A stretch of 64,000 bases of DNA, from the IMG/VR virus record IMGVR_UViG_3300028920_000035, positions 83,623-147,622 of that record; one strand, 5' to 3'. The translations under genes were made by a program, and so were the position numbers. Shown piece by piece: positions 40,572 to 49,780 of this stretch. The DNA comes from a virus. The notes beneath the pieces were generated by a model, which was not told where the DNA came from, made no database searches, and saw nothing but the letters and a program-made list of their open reading frames with translations. The first letter of the stretch is position 1. The number at the start of each line of letters is the position of its first letter.

Positions 40572-40599
40572 CGGTTCCATCTATGCCCCGCCCTTGTGC

Positions 40600-40989
40600 G
40601 TGGCATCCCTCGACGAGCTGGAACTCTTGGACCGCAGCATCGCTGACCTCGACGCCCGTTGGGAGCGCAACTTCAAAGCCTGGACTCGTCGACGAAACCT
40701 CCAAGAAACGGCGGTTGCCTACCTCGGCAACAAGTGTCAAATCTGCGGTTACGGCACGTGCATCGAGGCCCTCGACTTCCACCATGTCGACCCCCAAGAG
40801 AAAGATTTCAACATCAGCGACCGTATCACGAGCTTCGAGGCCATCAAGCCCGAGCTGGACAAGTGTGAGCTACTGTGTTGCCGTTGCCATCGCGAAGTCC
40901 ACGCGGGGATGCATCCGACGCATCTCGTCATGGAAGACGAGGACCGATCATATGATCCAGGAAACTTTCCCATGGCTGCTATGGGCTGA
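40600..40989 (+). CDS. HNH endonuclease-like protein
   Basis: CQICGY..C..ALDFHHVDP..K.F.IS...ELDKCELLCCRCHREVH. Confidence 0.85.
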   Translation: MASLDELELLDRSIADLDARWERNFKAWTRRRNLQETAVAYLGNKCQICGYGTCIEALDFHHVDPQEKDFNISDRITSFEAIKPELDKCELLCCRCHREVHAGMHPTHLVMEDEDRSYDPGNFPMAAMG

Positions 40990-41015
40990 TTTCTTGAACG
41001 TTTCAGGATAGAATC

Positions 41016-42560
41016 ATGACGTACGATTACCGCATTGCCGCCGTTACGCTAGAAGAAAAAGGTACTGGGTCGTATAAGGTTTTTGGACCCTATGCCGAGA
41101 TGCAGAGGATCATCCCGCTGCTGAAAAAGCAGAAAAAGTGGCGGTACAACGGTCTTGACAAGTCGTGGGAGAGTCGTGACTTGGGACCTCGCCAGCTGGC
41201 CAAGGTGAAGGAGGCCCTAGGGCTTGCCCCCGCTGCCCCCGCTGCCAAAGCCTCCCCTCGAGTGTTCAACAACTTCGTCGAGAAAGCCCTTAAAGTACAG
41301 GGCCCCAAGGGCAGTTTCGATTTCGATCGGAAGGGTGAAGTCCTCACCCTCAAGCTGGTGGGAAACCCCACACAGGAAAAGGGCCTGATGGAGGTCTTGG
41401 CTACGGCACGGAAAGCGGGCGCCGAGGGTAACTACCCCTACCTCGAGATGACTTCCGCGGCATTCAACGCTAAAGCTGGGAAGGCTCTTCTTGAGCAACT
41501 TTCCAATTTGAACGCGGCCGTTGAGGAGGCCCTTAAAGAGCGTGCAGTGGCGAAGGCGCTCTTGGGAAACATGCTGCCTTTCCAGGCATTAGGTATTCGA
41601 GGCAAGTTTACAGACACAGTTACCTGGGAAGGGGCTACTCGCCCCTACGCCGAATTGTTCAAGAGCAACAAGTTCCGGTGGACCGGATCTCATTGGGACG
41701 CAGCCCTAGTCAAGGGCCTACCCTCTCGTGTCGAAGCCATCATTGACCGGTTAAAGAGTGACGCCCAGGAAGCGGATCAGGCTGCCACCAAGCTGGGTCT
41801 CCCTCAGCTGTACCCGAACCTGGAGATCAGGGTATTCACTGTCGACGGGTACATTCGATTCTTGGGGGACCTCCGAAAGTACAAGGATGGCCTCTATTCA
41901 GCTGGGCTGTTGTGGGACGGCTCCTATTGGGAGGGGAACCTAGCCAAAGTTGATGTTGATGACCTTCAGAACGTTCTGAAGGCCATTGAAGCGGACGACA
42001 CTGCCGAAACCACTGACAAGGGTCCGGCTAAGGTGCGTAGGGGTCGCCCCAACCAACGCGGCGACCACTGCCAAGACTGCGGCGGGTGGGTTGAACCTGG
42101 AGACGGCATCATTGAACGGGTCCTTGACGAGGACGACGACAGGATGATCTGGGTCGTCTACCACCGGGATATTGAGGTTTGTCAGCAGACCAAGACCCGA
42201 CGGCGGCAACAGCGTGAGGAAGAGGCCAAGCGGCAACAAACTAAGCGCCAAGCTGAGCGCGCACTACGGGATTATGCCATCAAACAAGGCAAGTCCCCCG
42301 ACCCCAACAACAAGCGGGTCACGCTCAAAGGTCGTCGAATCTACCTCGACGAGACAGCGCTCGCCTATGGCGGGGGCTACTGGGTTGTCATCGAGCCCGG
42401 CAACCAGTACTTCTGGTACGTCATCAACAACGGCGCCGATGGCGACGACTGGTCTCGCAACAACGTTTCCACCGGAGGCGCGGGCGCTATCGGGTATCGC
42501 GTTCCCCTGACTGAAGAGGCCAAGCAGCAGATCGAGATCATCTCGGGTGAGAAGATTTAG
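41016..42560 (+). CDS. Multidomain hypothetical protein with YDYRIAA leader, repeated [RL]-[WY]-x-G-x(2-4)-W modules and a CxxC domain
   Basis: WRYNGLDKSW, FRWTGSHW, LLWDGSYW; RPNQRGDHCQDCGGWV. Confidence 0.7.
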   Translation: MTYDYRIAAVTLEEKGTGSYKVFGPYAEMQRIIPLLKKQKKWRYNGLDKSWESRDLGPRQLAKVKEALGLAPAAPAAKASPRVFNNFVEKALKVQGPKGSFDFDRKGEVLTLKLVGNPTQEKGLMEVLATARKAGAEGNYPYLEMTSAAFNAKAGKALLEQLSNLNAAVEEALKERAVAKALLGNMLPFQALGIRGKFTDTVTWEGATRPYAELFKSNKFRWTGSHWDAALVKGLPSRVEAIIDRLKSDAQEADQAATKLGLPQLYPNLEIRVFTVDGYIRFLGDLRKYKDGLYSAGLLWDGSYWEGNLAKVDVDDLQNVLKAIEADDTAETTDKGPAKVRRGRPNQRGDHCQDCGGWVEPGDGIIERVLDEDDDRMIWVVYHRDIEVCQQTKTRRRQQREEEAKRQQTKRQAERALRDYAIKQGKSPDPNNKRVTLKGRRIYLDETALAYGGGYWVVIEPGNQYFWYVINNGADGDDWSRNNVSTGGAGAIGYRVPLTEEAKQQIEIISGEKI

Positions 42561-42597
42561 TCCACACTTTGAGGCTGGTCTAAAGCCCCGTGAACAC

Positions 42598-42855
42598 TCA
42601 TTTGCAGCCGATGTGCTCCTTGCAACGCCACCGGTAGCTCCCGGTGTTGGACATTCCGGAGTCGCGGTGAACCGCGTATTTGGTGCAGCCCCTGACCCCA
42701 CACTTGTATGGGTGGATACGTGGGCTGAGCCTACCCCCAGCTTGCCGGCGACGATGTCCTAGCACGCCCGACCGATGACGGTACACGGGGATCGCAGACC
42801 CAGGCGGACTCTCGACCTGCTCCCATTCGGTTTCAGAAGGGACAGGGGCTCTCAT
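42598..42855 (-). CDS. Small Cys/His-rich hypothetical protein
   Basis: 85 aa, GAGG SD, CGVRGC...CKEH. Confidence 0.4.
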   Translation of the reverse strand: MRAPVPSETEWEQVESPPGSAIPVYRHRSGVLGHRRRQAGGRLSPRIHPYKCGVRGCTKYAVHRDSGMSNTGSYRWRCKEHIGCK

Positions 42856-42922
42856 CCGCCGCCCTCACTCAAGCAGTAAGGGCCGCTCTTGCGGGGGTTC
42901 CTGTAGAAAACATAGTACTTAG

Positions 42923-43786
42923 TCATTCTGGTCTCCCAACGATCACCAGTTCGCCCACGGGACCACGGCGGTCCCCCTTCGAGTTGATCGCTCGTCGCGC
43001 CTGGATTTCGTGCAGCTCAAAGCCAGCGTAGAGCCGGCGGACGAGTTCGCAGTCAGAGTTTGAGGCTACGACGGTCACTCCTCGTTCCACGAGTCGCCGG
43101 CACGCTGCGACGAGCCTCGACTGGTCGTCAAGCGTGAACCCACCCTGGGTGTACCCGTCGCTGAAGTTGCTGGTTGGCGAGAGGGGCACGTAGGGTGGGT
43201 CGAAGTACACGAGATCGCCCGGGCGCGGCCACTCGCAGATTTCCCAGAAGTCCCCAAGGTGAATCTGGGCCCAGCGGTTCAGCTCGCGAGAACAGGCGTG
43301 AATGGTCTCTTCCTTGTAGACCAGCGGTGGCTTCTGGACCCACCTCTCCCCCTTGGGGTCGCCGTAGGGAACGTTGAACTTCCCCTGCTTGTTGACCCGC
43401 CACAAGCCGTTGAAGCAGGTCTTGTTGAGGTAGATGAACCGGATGGCGCGAGCCACGGGGTCGAGGTCCTCGGGGTCGTAGCCCCGAAGCATCATGTAGG
43501 TGTCCTTGTCGACGGTGAGGCCCTGGAGGCCGCGCACCAGCTCGTCAGGGAAGTCGCGCACGATCTTGTACGTCGTGATCAGGTCGGGGTTGACGTCGTT
43601 CAGGACCGCGTGCTCGAACCGCTGCTCGGTCGCGAGGTGAAAGAAGAGGGCACCCCCGCCGAAGAACGGCTCGTAGTAGGTCCGAATCGTCTCGGGGAAG
43701 AACGGCAGGATCTTGTCCAGCAGACCGCGCTTGCCGCCGGCCCATTTGAGGAAGGGGCGGGCACCCTTGGCTTTCGTGCTAGCCAT
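42923..43786 (-). CDS. dam: Dam-family (D12) DNA adenine methyltransferase
   Basis: PFLKWAGGK, YYEPFFGGG, YLNKTCFNGLWRVN..G.FNVPYG, YFDPPY. Confidence 0.93.
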   Translation of the reverse strand: MASTKAKGARPFLKWAGGKRGLLDKILPFFPETIRTYYEPFFGGGALFFHLATEQRFEHAVLNDVNPDLITTYKIVRDFPDELVRGLQGLTVDKDTYMMLRGYDPEDLDPVARAIRFIYLNKTCFNGLWRVNKQGKFNVPYGDPKGERWVQKPPLVYKEETIHACSRELNRWAQIHLGDFWEICEWPRPGDLVYFDPPYVPLSPTSNFSDGYTQGGFTLDDQSRLVAACRRLVERGVTVVASNSDCELVRRLYAGFELHEIQARRAINSKGDRRGPVGELVIVGRPE

Positions 43787-44453
43787 CTTCGTCCATCATC
43801 TCCCACAGGCGCTGGGGTTGGTCGTCCTCCAGCTCCTTCACGATGTCGGCCACAGGCTTGTAGCTGCGACGGTGCTGCGGCGTCGGCCCCAGCTCCCGGA
43901 GCTTGGCCTTGTGTTCGGGGGTGACGTAGCCCTTGTTCTCGGCCCAACCGTAGCCCGGAAACTCCTTGCCCAGCTTGACCAGCTCTCGGTCGCGCCAGAC
44001 TTTCGCCATCACGGACGCCAGGGCACACTCAGGGACGTCCATGTCGGCCTTGGGTAGGCTGATGACGGGGTGGTCCAAACCCAGCTCCAGAAGTCCGTCG
44101 ACGACCACCAAGGCGGGCACCTCGTCGGGGACGGCTGCGATGGCTGCGGCAAGGGCGTTGCAGAAGGCCATGCGTCTCGCCGTCGCGGGGCCCATCTTGT
44201 CGACCTCCCACGCCTCATAGCGGCAGACGGTGGTGAAAACCTCGGGATGCTCAGAGTAGGCGCTCCACACAGCCTCGCGCTCGGCCTCCGTCATCTGCTT
44301 GGAGTCCCGTACACGTTCGTCGTCCCAACCTGTGGGCGCGGCCACGGCTCCTACGGCCAGGGGCCCCGCCATGCAGCCCCAGCCGACCTCATCCGCGCCA
44401 ACGACCCACCCTGGGTGGCCGTCCACTCGGGCGTGGCCTGTCTTTCGTCTCAT
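43779..44453 (-). CDS. rnhB: Ribonuclease HII
   Basis: VGADEVGWGCMAGP, RDSK, VVDG, KAD, ALASVMAKVWRD, NKGY, HRRSY; CGGTG-TAACGT-7 nt-ATG (44471-44461). Confidence 0.92.
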   Translation of the reverse strand: MRRKTGHARVDGHPGWVVGADEVGWGCMAGPLAVGAVAAPTGWDDERVRDSKQMTEAEREAVWSAYSEHPEVFTTVCRYEAWEVDKMGPATARRMAFCNALAAAIAAVPDEVPALVVVDGLLELGLDHPVISLPKADMDVPECALASVMAKVWRDRELVKLGKEFPGYGWAENKGYVTPEHKAKLRELGPTPQHRRSYKPVADIVKELEDDQPQRLWEMMDEDG

Positions 44454-44472
44454 GCTGGTCACGTTACACCGT

Positions 44473-44691
44473 TCAGTCGGGAGCCCGAATCCAGTACCAG
44501 TCCCGAGGCCAGTCGTCCCCCTCGCCGATCACCTTGTAGTCGTCGAAGTCGGTCACGATGCTGTAGCCCTGGTGGGTCTCGACATGGCCGTATCCGGTGC
44601 GGGTCAGCTGACCCTTGTCGCTGTGGCGCAGGATGATGATGCCGGCCCGCTTGTAGACGGTGAAGCGGGGGTCCTCGCTGCTCCAGGTCAT
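44473..44691 (-). CDS. Small hypothetical protein
   Basis: MTWSSEDPRF...WPRDWYWIRAPD; ATGA coupling. Confidence 0.55.
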   Translation of the reverse strand: MTWSSEDPRFTVYKRAGIIILRHSDKGQLTRTGYGHVETHQGYSIVTDFDDYKVIGEGDDWPRDWYWIRAPD

Positions 44692-44849
44692 GGCTTCTTC
44701 TTCTGATGGCGGACTTCCCAAAGCAGAAGGGCATTCGAGGTGACCACGATGCCCCCCAGAAGGTTGTTCGAGATTTCGAGCCCAAGGACCATCTTGAGCA
44801 TCATGACCGAGGTCATGACGATGAGCGGGATGCCCAGAGCAACTTTCAC
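44688..44849 (-). CDS. Small membrane protein (53 aa, absent from the ORF track)
   Basis: VKVALGIPLIVMTSVMMLKMVLG...; GTGA and ATGA overlaps with both neighbours. Confidence 0.55.
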   Translation of the reverse strand: MKVALGIPLIVMTSVMMLKMVLGLEISNNLLGGIVVTSNALLLWEVRHQKKKP

Positions 44850-45727
44850 TCTCCCAGCTCCATCGCGAGGTCGAAGTTCTCGCGCTCGCTGTTGTGGGCT
44901 TGGGCCGGGCGTAGGCGCTCCTCGATGGTCGAGAGGTAGTCGGGGTTCAACTCGATGCCCTGGACCTTTCGACCCATAGCAGCGGCTACGGCAAGAGTCG
45001 TCCCGCTGCCAGCAAAGGGATCAAGAATGAGGTCACCAGGGCGCGACGTGGCCATGATGCAGAGTTTGGCCAGCTCTTCGGGCATGACGGCAAAGTGTGC
45101 GCCGGGGTAAGGCGCCCCATGGATGGTCCAAACGGACCGCTTGTTGCGCATTGTGTGCTCGCCCGAGCGTATTCGAGCGGCGAGTCCGTCGAGCCCCGTA
45201 TTGCCCCCGTTGCCCGCACCATACCGCTCGCTGGTGTCGTAGTGCGCCGTGGTGCGCTGAGCGTTGGTTTCGGCCAGGGGCTCAGCGATGGCCTCCCAGT
45301 CGTAGTAGTACCGCTCACCCTTGCTGAAGAGGAACAGGTGCTCGTGACTGCGGGTGGGGCGGTCCTTGACTGACTCGGGCAGCCCCGCGGGCTTGCTCCA
45401 GATGACCTCGGCCCTGAGCAGAGCGTGTTTCTTGAAGGCCAGCGCCACCTGCCAGGGAATGCCTTGCAGCTCGCGATCGTGGTAGGTATCGCCCAGGTTC
45501 AGCCACAAGACCCCATCAGGCTTGAGTGTCTTCATGGCCGTGGCAAGGACCCGCACGAGCCGTTTGATGTAGACGTCCGGCTTGGGCTCTTGGCCTAGTT
45601 GAGCTTCGTGCCCATAGTCCCGCTGCCCCCAGTACGGTGGCGACGTGATGATCGCTTGAACCGACTGATTGGGAACCTTTTTGAGGAGACGGGCGGCGTC
45701 GCCGACGAGGATGGGTGGGTTAGGCAT
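44846..45727 (-). CDS. Beta-class N4-cytosine/N6-adenine DNA methyltransferase
   Basis: ITSPPYW, WLNLGD, HFAVMP, LDPFAGSGTT, GIELNPDY; CGGTGTA at 45780-45774. Confidence 0.92.
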   Translation of the reverse strand: MPNPPILVGDAARLLKKVPNQSVQAIITSPPYWGQRDYGHEAQLGQEPKPDVYIKRLVRVLATAMKTLKPDGVLWLNLGDTYHDRELQGIPWQVALAFKKHALLRAEVIWSKPAGLPESVKDRPTRSHEHLFLFSKGERYYYDWEAIAEPLAETNAQRTTAHYDTSERYGAGNGGNTGLDGLAARIRSGEHTMRNKRSVWTIHGAPYPGAHFAVMPEELAKLCIMATSRPGDLILDPFAGSGTTLAVAAAMGRKVQGIELNPDYLSTIEERLRPAQAHNSERENFDLAMELGE

Positions 45728-45946
45728 TCCTTGTCCCAGGAGTGTCCCGGCAGAATGGTAGCTGATGTGAACTTACACCGCCAGCCGGCACTTACACATA
45801 ACTGCTTGACTTTTTTGGCAAAGGCAATGGCCTCGTTGACGTTGGTGTCGGCGGGGAGGTACAACTCGATGTCATAGGTGATCTTCATGGGCCGCACGGT
45901 AAGCAGGGCTACCGAAGTGGGCCAAGAAACGGGCTACAGTCGGATC

Positions 45947-46348
45947 TCAGATTGGTGGATCTTCATAAACAGGGCGACGGTCCACGATGCGGAAGTCGGG
46001 CCAGAAGACCAGTTGATGCCCGCTCTTGACTCGAACCGTCTTGCGTTCCACCGAAGTGGGGTCGTCAGGCTCGGCAAGGTGGGCCCAAAAGGTTGGATGA
46101 TGAGGCTCAACGGTCACGTCCCAGAAGGGTGGCTCGGTCTCGGCGCAGTAGCACCCCATGCAGATGTAGCGTCCGTCCTTCATGTAGACGAACCCCTCGT
46201 GGTTGCCCGCTCCTGGGCACTTGCCCGGTTGCAGTTCGTCCTGGTCGTAGGGCTCATCCAACTCATCGAGGTACCGAGTGGTGGCGCAGGTCTCACACAC
46301 GAGCATGTAGCCGGTGTCGTCACGCATCAAGATAGCGCCGTGCATCAT
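45947..46348 (-). CDS. Hypothetical Cys-rich protein
   Basis: 133 aa, CETC, C..., CMGC. Confidence 0.55.
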   Translation of the reverse strand: MMHGAILMRDDTGYMLVCETCATTRYLDELDEPYDQDELQPGKCPGAGNHEGFVYMKDGRYICMGCYCAETEPPFWDVTVEPHHPTFWAHLAEPDDPTSVERKTVRVKSGHQLVFWPDFRIVDRRPVYEDPPI

Positions 46349-46430
46349 GGGCGCGTCCCCAGACGCTTGATGGTAAGGTACTCACCCGCGCCCGCACAGA
46401 TGTCGAGGGTGACCTTTGCACCCATCTCCC

Positions 46431-46937
46431 TCATGAATCCTCGACCAAATTGAGGGCCATGCGACGGATGTTAAGGCAGGTGCGGTCGCCAGCCTTGACG
46501 GCCTCGCGACACACCTTGGGGCGCTGGTCGTAGACAGAACACGAGCAACGGCCTCCGCCCTTGACCTTCGCCAGGATCCACACGCGCTGACCACCCTTGA
46601 GCGACCCGGCCGTCTCCAATGTCACGTGACCCTCGTCGATCACGGGCTGGAAGAACTGGAACGCCGCCGCGTTCTGAAGGGGCTCATAGGTGGGGCCCAC
46701 GACGCCCAGGACCTTGCGATCCGTGCTGCGAACGACCGCGCGGTTGGGCAGCTTGACGTCGTTGCCGTCGACCTTGCAGTAGGTCGGCTGCATTGAGACT
46801 GTCCAGTCGAGCCCCGCGAGCTTGATCGCCTCCTCGATGGTGGGCGGGTTATCCAGGATGGTGCCGAGCCCATGCCACGGAACCTCGCGGACGCTGAAAG
46901 TGCTGGCCTGGTTGTTGACCGTCTCGATTTCGTGCAT
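46431..46937 (-). pseudogene. Chimeric ORF: N-terminal part of a DUF932/DUF945 protein fused to a YkgJ-type C-terminus
   Basis: VPWHGLG...AGLDW.V...LGVVG..Y.PLQN...ETAGSLKGGQRVWILAK, then CSVYDQRPKVCR. Confidence 0.65.
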
Positions 46938-46968
46938 TTTCTCAATTCCGGGTGGGGGGTTGGAACCT

Positions 46969-47009
46969 ATTTGTAGCTACACCGTTGAGCTGAATTTGGA
47001 GCTACAAAT
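46969..47009. promoter_or_regulatory. 10-bp inverted repeat overlapping a minus-strand CGGTGTA motif (operator-like)
   Basis: ATTTGTAGCT-21 nt-AGCTACAAAT; TACACCG at 46978-46984. Confidence 0.55.
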
Positions 47010-47047
47010 TCGCCTGGCACCATAAGTGTGCAGAATCGCTGGTGCCG

Positions 47048-47111
47048 GGTGCCGGATGATGGTTGTGGCATGTATGTACCCCCATACGTGCCACAACCAT
47101 CATCCGGCATC
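47048..47111. repeat. Long near-perfect inverted repeat (27-29 bp arms, 6-nt loop)
   Basis: tgccggatgatggttgtggcatgtatg-tacccc-catacgtgccacaaccatcatccggca. Confidence 0.92.
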
Positions 47112-47306
47112 ACCATCACCGCTTTCAACAAGCTCGCCCTAGAGTATGCCCAGCGCTGCTCGAAGATCTGCAAGGGCGTCATCAGCGGGGGTTCCCCTAG
47201 GCAACACTCAGATTGCCTTAGGGTACTTCAAGAAGCTGACCGAGATCCTGAAGATCGCGGTGCGCTTCAATCGGACCCACGGGGGCAAGGTGGTCAGGCT
47301 TTAACC

Positions 47307-47642
47307 ATGGCCGACTTACTGAAGAAGAGCAGTTTCAACGCCATCGCCTGTCAGTACGCCGAACGCTGCCAGGCTATCTGCGAAGGAGTTACCTGCCCTG
47401 ATCCTGACGGGTATGGCTGCCGGTTCTATGTTTCCCTGGAGGGACATTCAGCCGCCATCGTCTACTTCGAGCTGGGTATTCTCACTGGTGGGCTATTCAC
47501 CCCTGAGGGTTCCATCGGTCTAATGACCGCCCCCACTGTGGATTCGGAGACGGCCCAGTCGTTCTTCCGGAAGATGGTCGAGCTGGCCGAAGTGGTGGCT
47601 CAGTTCAATCGGGACTACGGTTCCCAAACGTTCGAGGCATAG
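47307..47642 (+). CDS. Hypothetical protein
   Basis: MADLLKKSSFNAIACQYAERC...; a paralogous remnant lies upstream at about 47121-47180. Confidence 0.55.
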   Translation: MADLLKKSSFNAIACQYAERCQAICEGVTCPDPDGYGCRFYVSLEGHSAAIVYFELGILTGGLFTPEGSIGLMTAPTVDSETAQSFFRKMVELAEVVAQFNRDYGSQTFEA

Positions 47643-47651
47643 GGCCTCCGT

Positions 47652-48179
47652 TCAAAGGAACGTGTGGACCCCGAGGTAGGGGACGTTCTGGGCGCCCACC
47701 TTGGGCGCCTGGGCCACGTACCCTACCTCTTGCAGGTTGGGAGCCCGAGGGTCACTGCTGGCGGCCCACTCGTCTTCTTTGGTAAACAGGCCCCGTAGGG
47801 ACCACTTGAGCTTGTCGCCCGCCTGGTAGTCGACCTCGACAAGAGGGCCCGCTTGTCGGGACGCATACGTGTACCGCTCATAGGTCCGAGTCGACATGAT
47901 CCAGGAGCCCGAGCACAGGACGATATACTCATATTTCGGCTGCTGGCCGGTCATGGCCGTCAGCACATCAGAATCTTCGGTGGACCCCACGAGCGCGAAC
48001 CCCGCGCCACGGCCGCCGTCAACAAAGCCACAGTGGAAGCCGTCGAGGGGATGGTTTACCCACCGGAAGCCCTGTCCTCCGGCCCAGCCCGCGGCGATGG
48101 CCGCTGGCTCAACGCTCACGGGGTACGCAATCCCCTTGACAAACACCACAACGTCGCGAGTGCGGAAGACCTCAGGCAC
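47652..48179 (-). CDS. Hypothetical protein, possibly virion-associated
   Basis: 175 aa, Gly/aromatic beta-rich; TTATCA-12 nt-GTG motif upstream. Confidence 0.6.
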   Translation of the reverse strand: MPEVFRTRDVVVFVKGIAYPVSVEPAAIAAGWAGGQGFRWVNHPLDGFHCGFVDGGRGAGFALVGSTEDSDVLTAMTGQQPKYEYIVLCSGSWIMSTRTYERYTYASRQAGPLVEVDYQAGDKLKWSLRGLFTKEDEWAASSDPRAPNLQEVGYVAQAPKVGAQNVPYLGVHTFL

Positions 48180-48202
48180 ACCTCAACCGGCTGATAAACT
48201 CT

Positions 48203-48442
48203 TTACTTCTTCTGTTTTCCGAGCTTGAAGTATTCGCAAGCTTGACAAAACCCTTTGAGAAAGCCGTAAGCCTCCTCAACGGTGTGGCAGAATCCTAGCT
48301 TCGCCCCCACCGCGTACCCGGGGTAGTGGATCACGTCGGGTACAAATACCATAGCAGAATCGACGAATGACACCTCTAGGTGAAGCTCCTCAGCGAGCTG
48401 CGTCACCCTTCGGCATATGTGAAATTTATCAACTGTTGTCAT
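48203..48442 (-). CDS. Small hypothetical protein
   Basis: 79-aa ORF in a co-oriented run. Confidence 0.45.
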   Translation of the reverse strand: MTTVDKFHICRRVTQLAEELHLEVSFVDSAMVFVPDVIHYPGYAVGAKLGFCHTVEEAYGFLKGFCQACEYFKLGKQKK

Positions 48443-48486
48443 GTCAGTACTCAGTAGCGCTGTGCTTGGGCACAGTTAGTGATTAT

Positions 48487-49209
48487 TTAACCGTCTTGGC
48501 TTTTGAACAGGAGCACGAGCCCCACACAAGAGCCAAAGTCTCGCCACCGCCGCACCTTATGTAGTAACAGATCCAGCTCGCTGGTGAGGCGGACCTCCGA
48601 CACCCTAGTCATGTGTTCCAACCCGTCGAAGACAATCAGGGTGGGCTCCAGGATGCCGCTCGAATAGGCCATAGCCAGCAAGCAGAGCACGGTATCAAGC
48701 TGATCCGCGGGGCCCGCCAACACATCCTCAACGTGAGCCCACTCTAACAGCTGGCGGTCCACACCATCAAGGTCATGGTTGTGCAACCACCGAAACAAGG
48801 CCGCGTGGGTCTGCTTGGGAAGCTGGGGCTCACTCAACCGGAAACGCAGATCCCAAATCCCACTCAGAAGGTGGGCCAGGTTCGCCGAACGATCGACCAG
48901 CTCCTGTAACTCAGAGCTGATCACGAGGTGGGGGGCCCTTGCCAGGGACCATAGCAGCTCCCCTGTGTCCCCTGTGGCTAGCTTAACAAACGTTTTGATG
49001 AACCCCTGGTTGAGCCATTCGTCGGACATGACAACCGACCACTCGATCCCTTGGAGGGCCCGAGTCAGACCGGGCGAGTCGCTGTCCAATAGAGTGAGAA
49101 CCGATTGCTGAGCTGAATGGAAATAGTCGAGCCATGTGCAGACTTGAGTCTCACACGACGTGAGCCTCAGATCCGACCAGTCTAGCTCTTCCTCCACCAT
49201 CATGCCCAT
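48487..49209 (-). CDS. Hypothetical protein
   Basis: 240 aa, Leu-rich; LIVFDGLE resembles an isolated Walker B. Confidence 0.55.
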   Translation of the reverse strand: MGMMVEEELDWSDLRLTSCETQVCTWLDYFHSAQQSVLTLLDSDSPGLTRALQGIEWSVVMSDEWLNQGFIKTFVKLATGDTGELLWSLARAPHLVISSELQELVDRSANLAHLLSGIWDLRFRLSEPQLPKQTHAALFRWLHNHDLDGVDRQLLEWAHVEDVLAGPADQLDTVLCLLAMAYSSGILEPTLIVFDGLEHMTRVSEVRLTSELDLLLHKVRRWRDFGSCVGLVLLFKSQDG

Positions 49210-49234
49210 TGAACCTTGTCCCGACTCATTGAAG

Positions 49235-49780
49235 CTAATCTACCTTGAAATGCTCGTCCAAGCGGACTTCAACCATGCGGTCATCGTCTTGGAAAGAGAC
49301 GATCAAAACACCATCGATATCCTTCTTGAGCTTGTACTCCCGAAGCCTTCCTAGCCGCCGGACTACCTCGATTCCCATCAAGGCGTGAACCCCTGTAGCA
49401 TATGCACCTACACTAGACGCGCAGATCCGTTCTAGCAAGGAAATGGGGATCGCTTCGACGAATTCCTTCAGCTCGTCGGGCGTCATATCCTGACCTTCCA
49501 GAATGATAGATAGGAGACCCGCGAGATCGTGCCCTTTCAGCTCCTCTAACCAACATTCTAGGAAGGTTTTGACGGTTGCGACTATTAGCTCGGCTAGTAT
49601 CTCGATGGTTGTGTGCTTTCCGTCAAGTTCCTGGATCCTGGGTTGCATTTTGAAGGTCGTCTTGGCGCTGGCGACTTTCAACGCTTCATGAATGTTGAGA
49701 GGGTGGTTCCTAACGACCTTGATGGCCTTTGACGGTCGAACCTCGTTCCAGACGTCCTCCAGTTCCTCATCTGTCGCCAT
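49235..49780 (-). CDS. Hypothetical protein
   Basis: 181 aa, GAGGA SD. Confidence 0.65.
   Translation of the reverse strand: MATDEELEDVWNEVRPSKAIKVVRNHPLNIHEALKVASAKTTFKMQPRIQELDGKHTTIEILAELIVATVKTFLECWLEELKGHDLAGLLSIILEGQDMTPDELKEFVEAIPISLLERICASSVGAYATGVHALMGIEVVRRLGRLREYKLKKDIDGVLIVSFQDDDRMVEVRLDEHFKVD

Noticed and set aside
40600-45727. HNH plus methyltransferases as a restriction-modification system
   Set aside because: They are on opposite strands, separated by another gene and under different promoter motifs; the small HNH is a common phage type.
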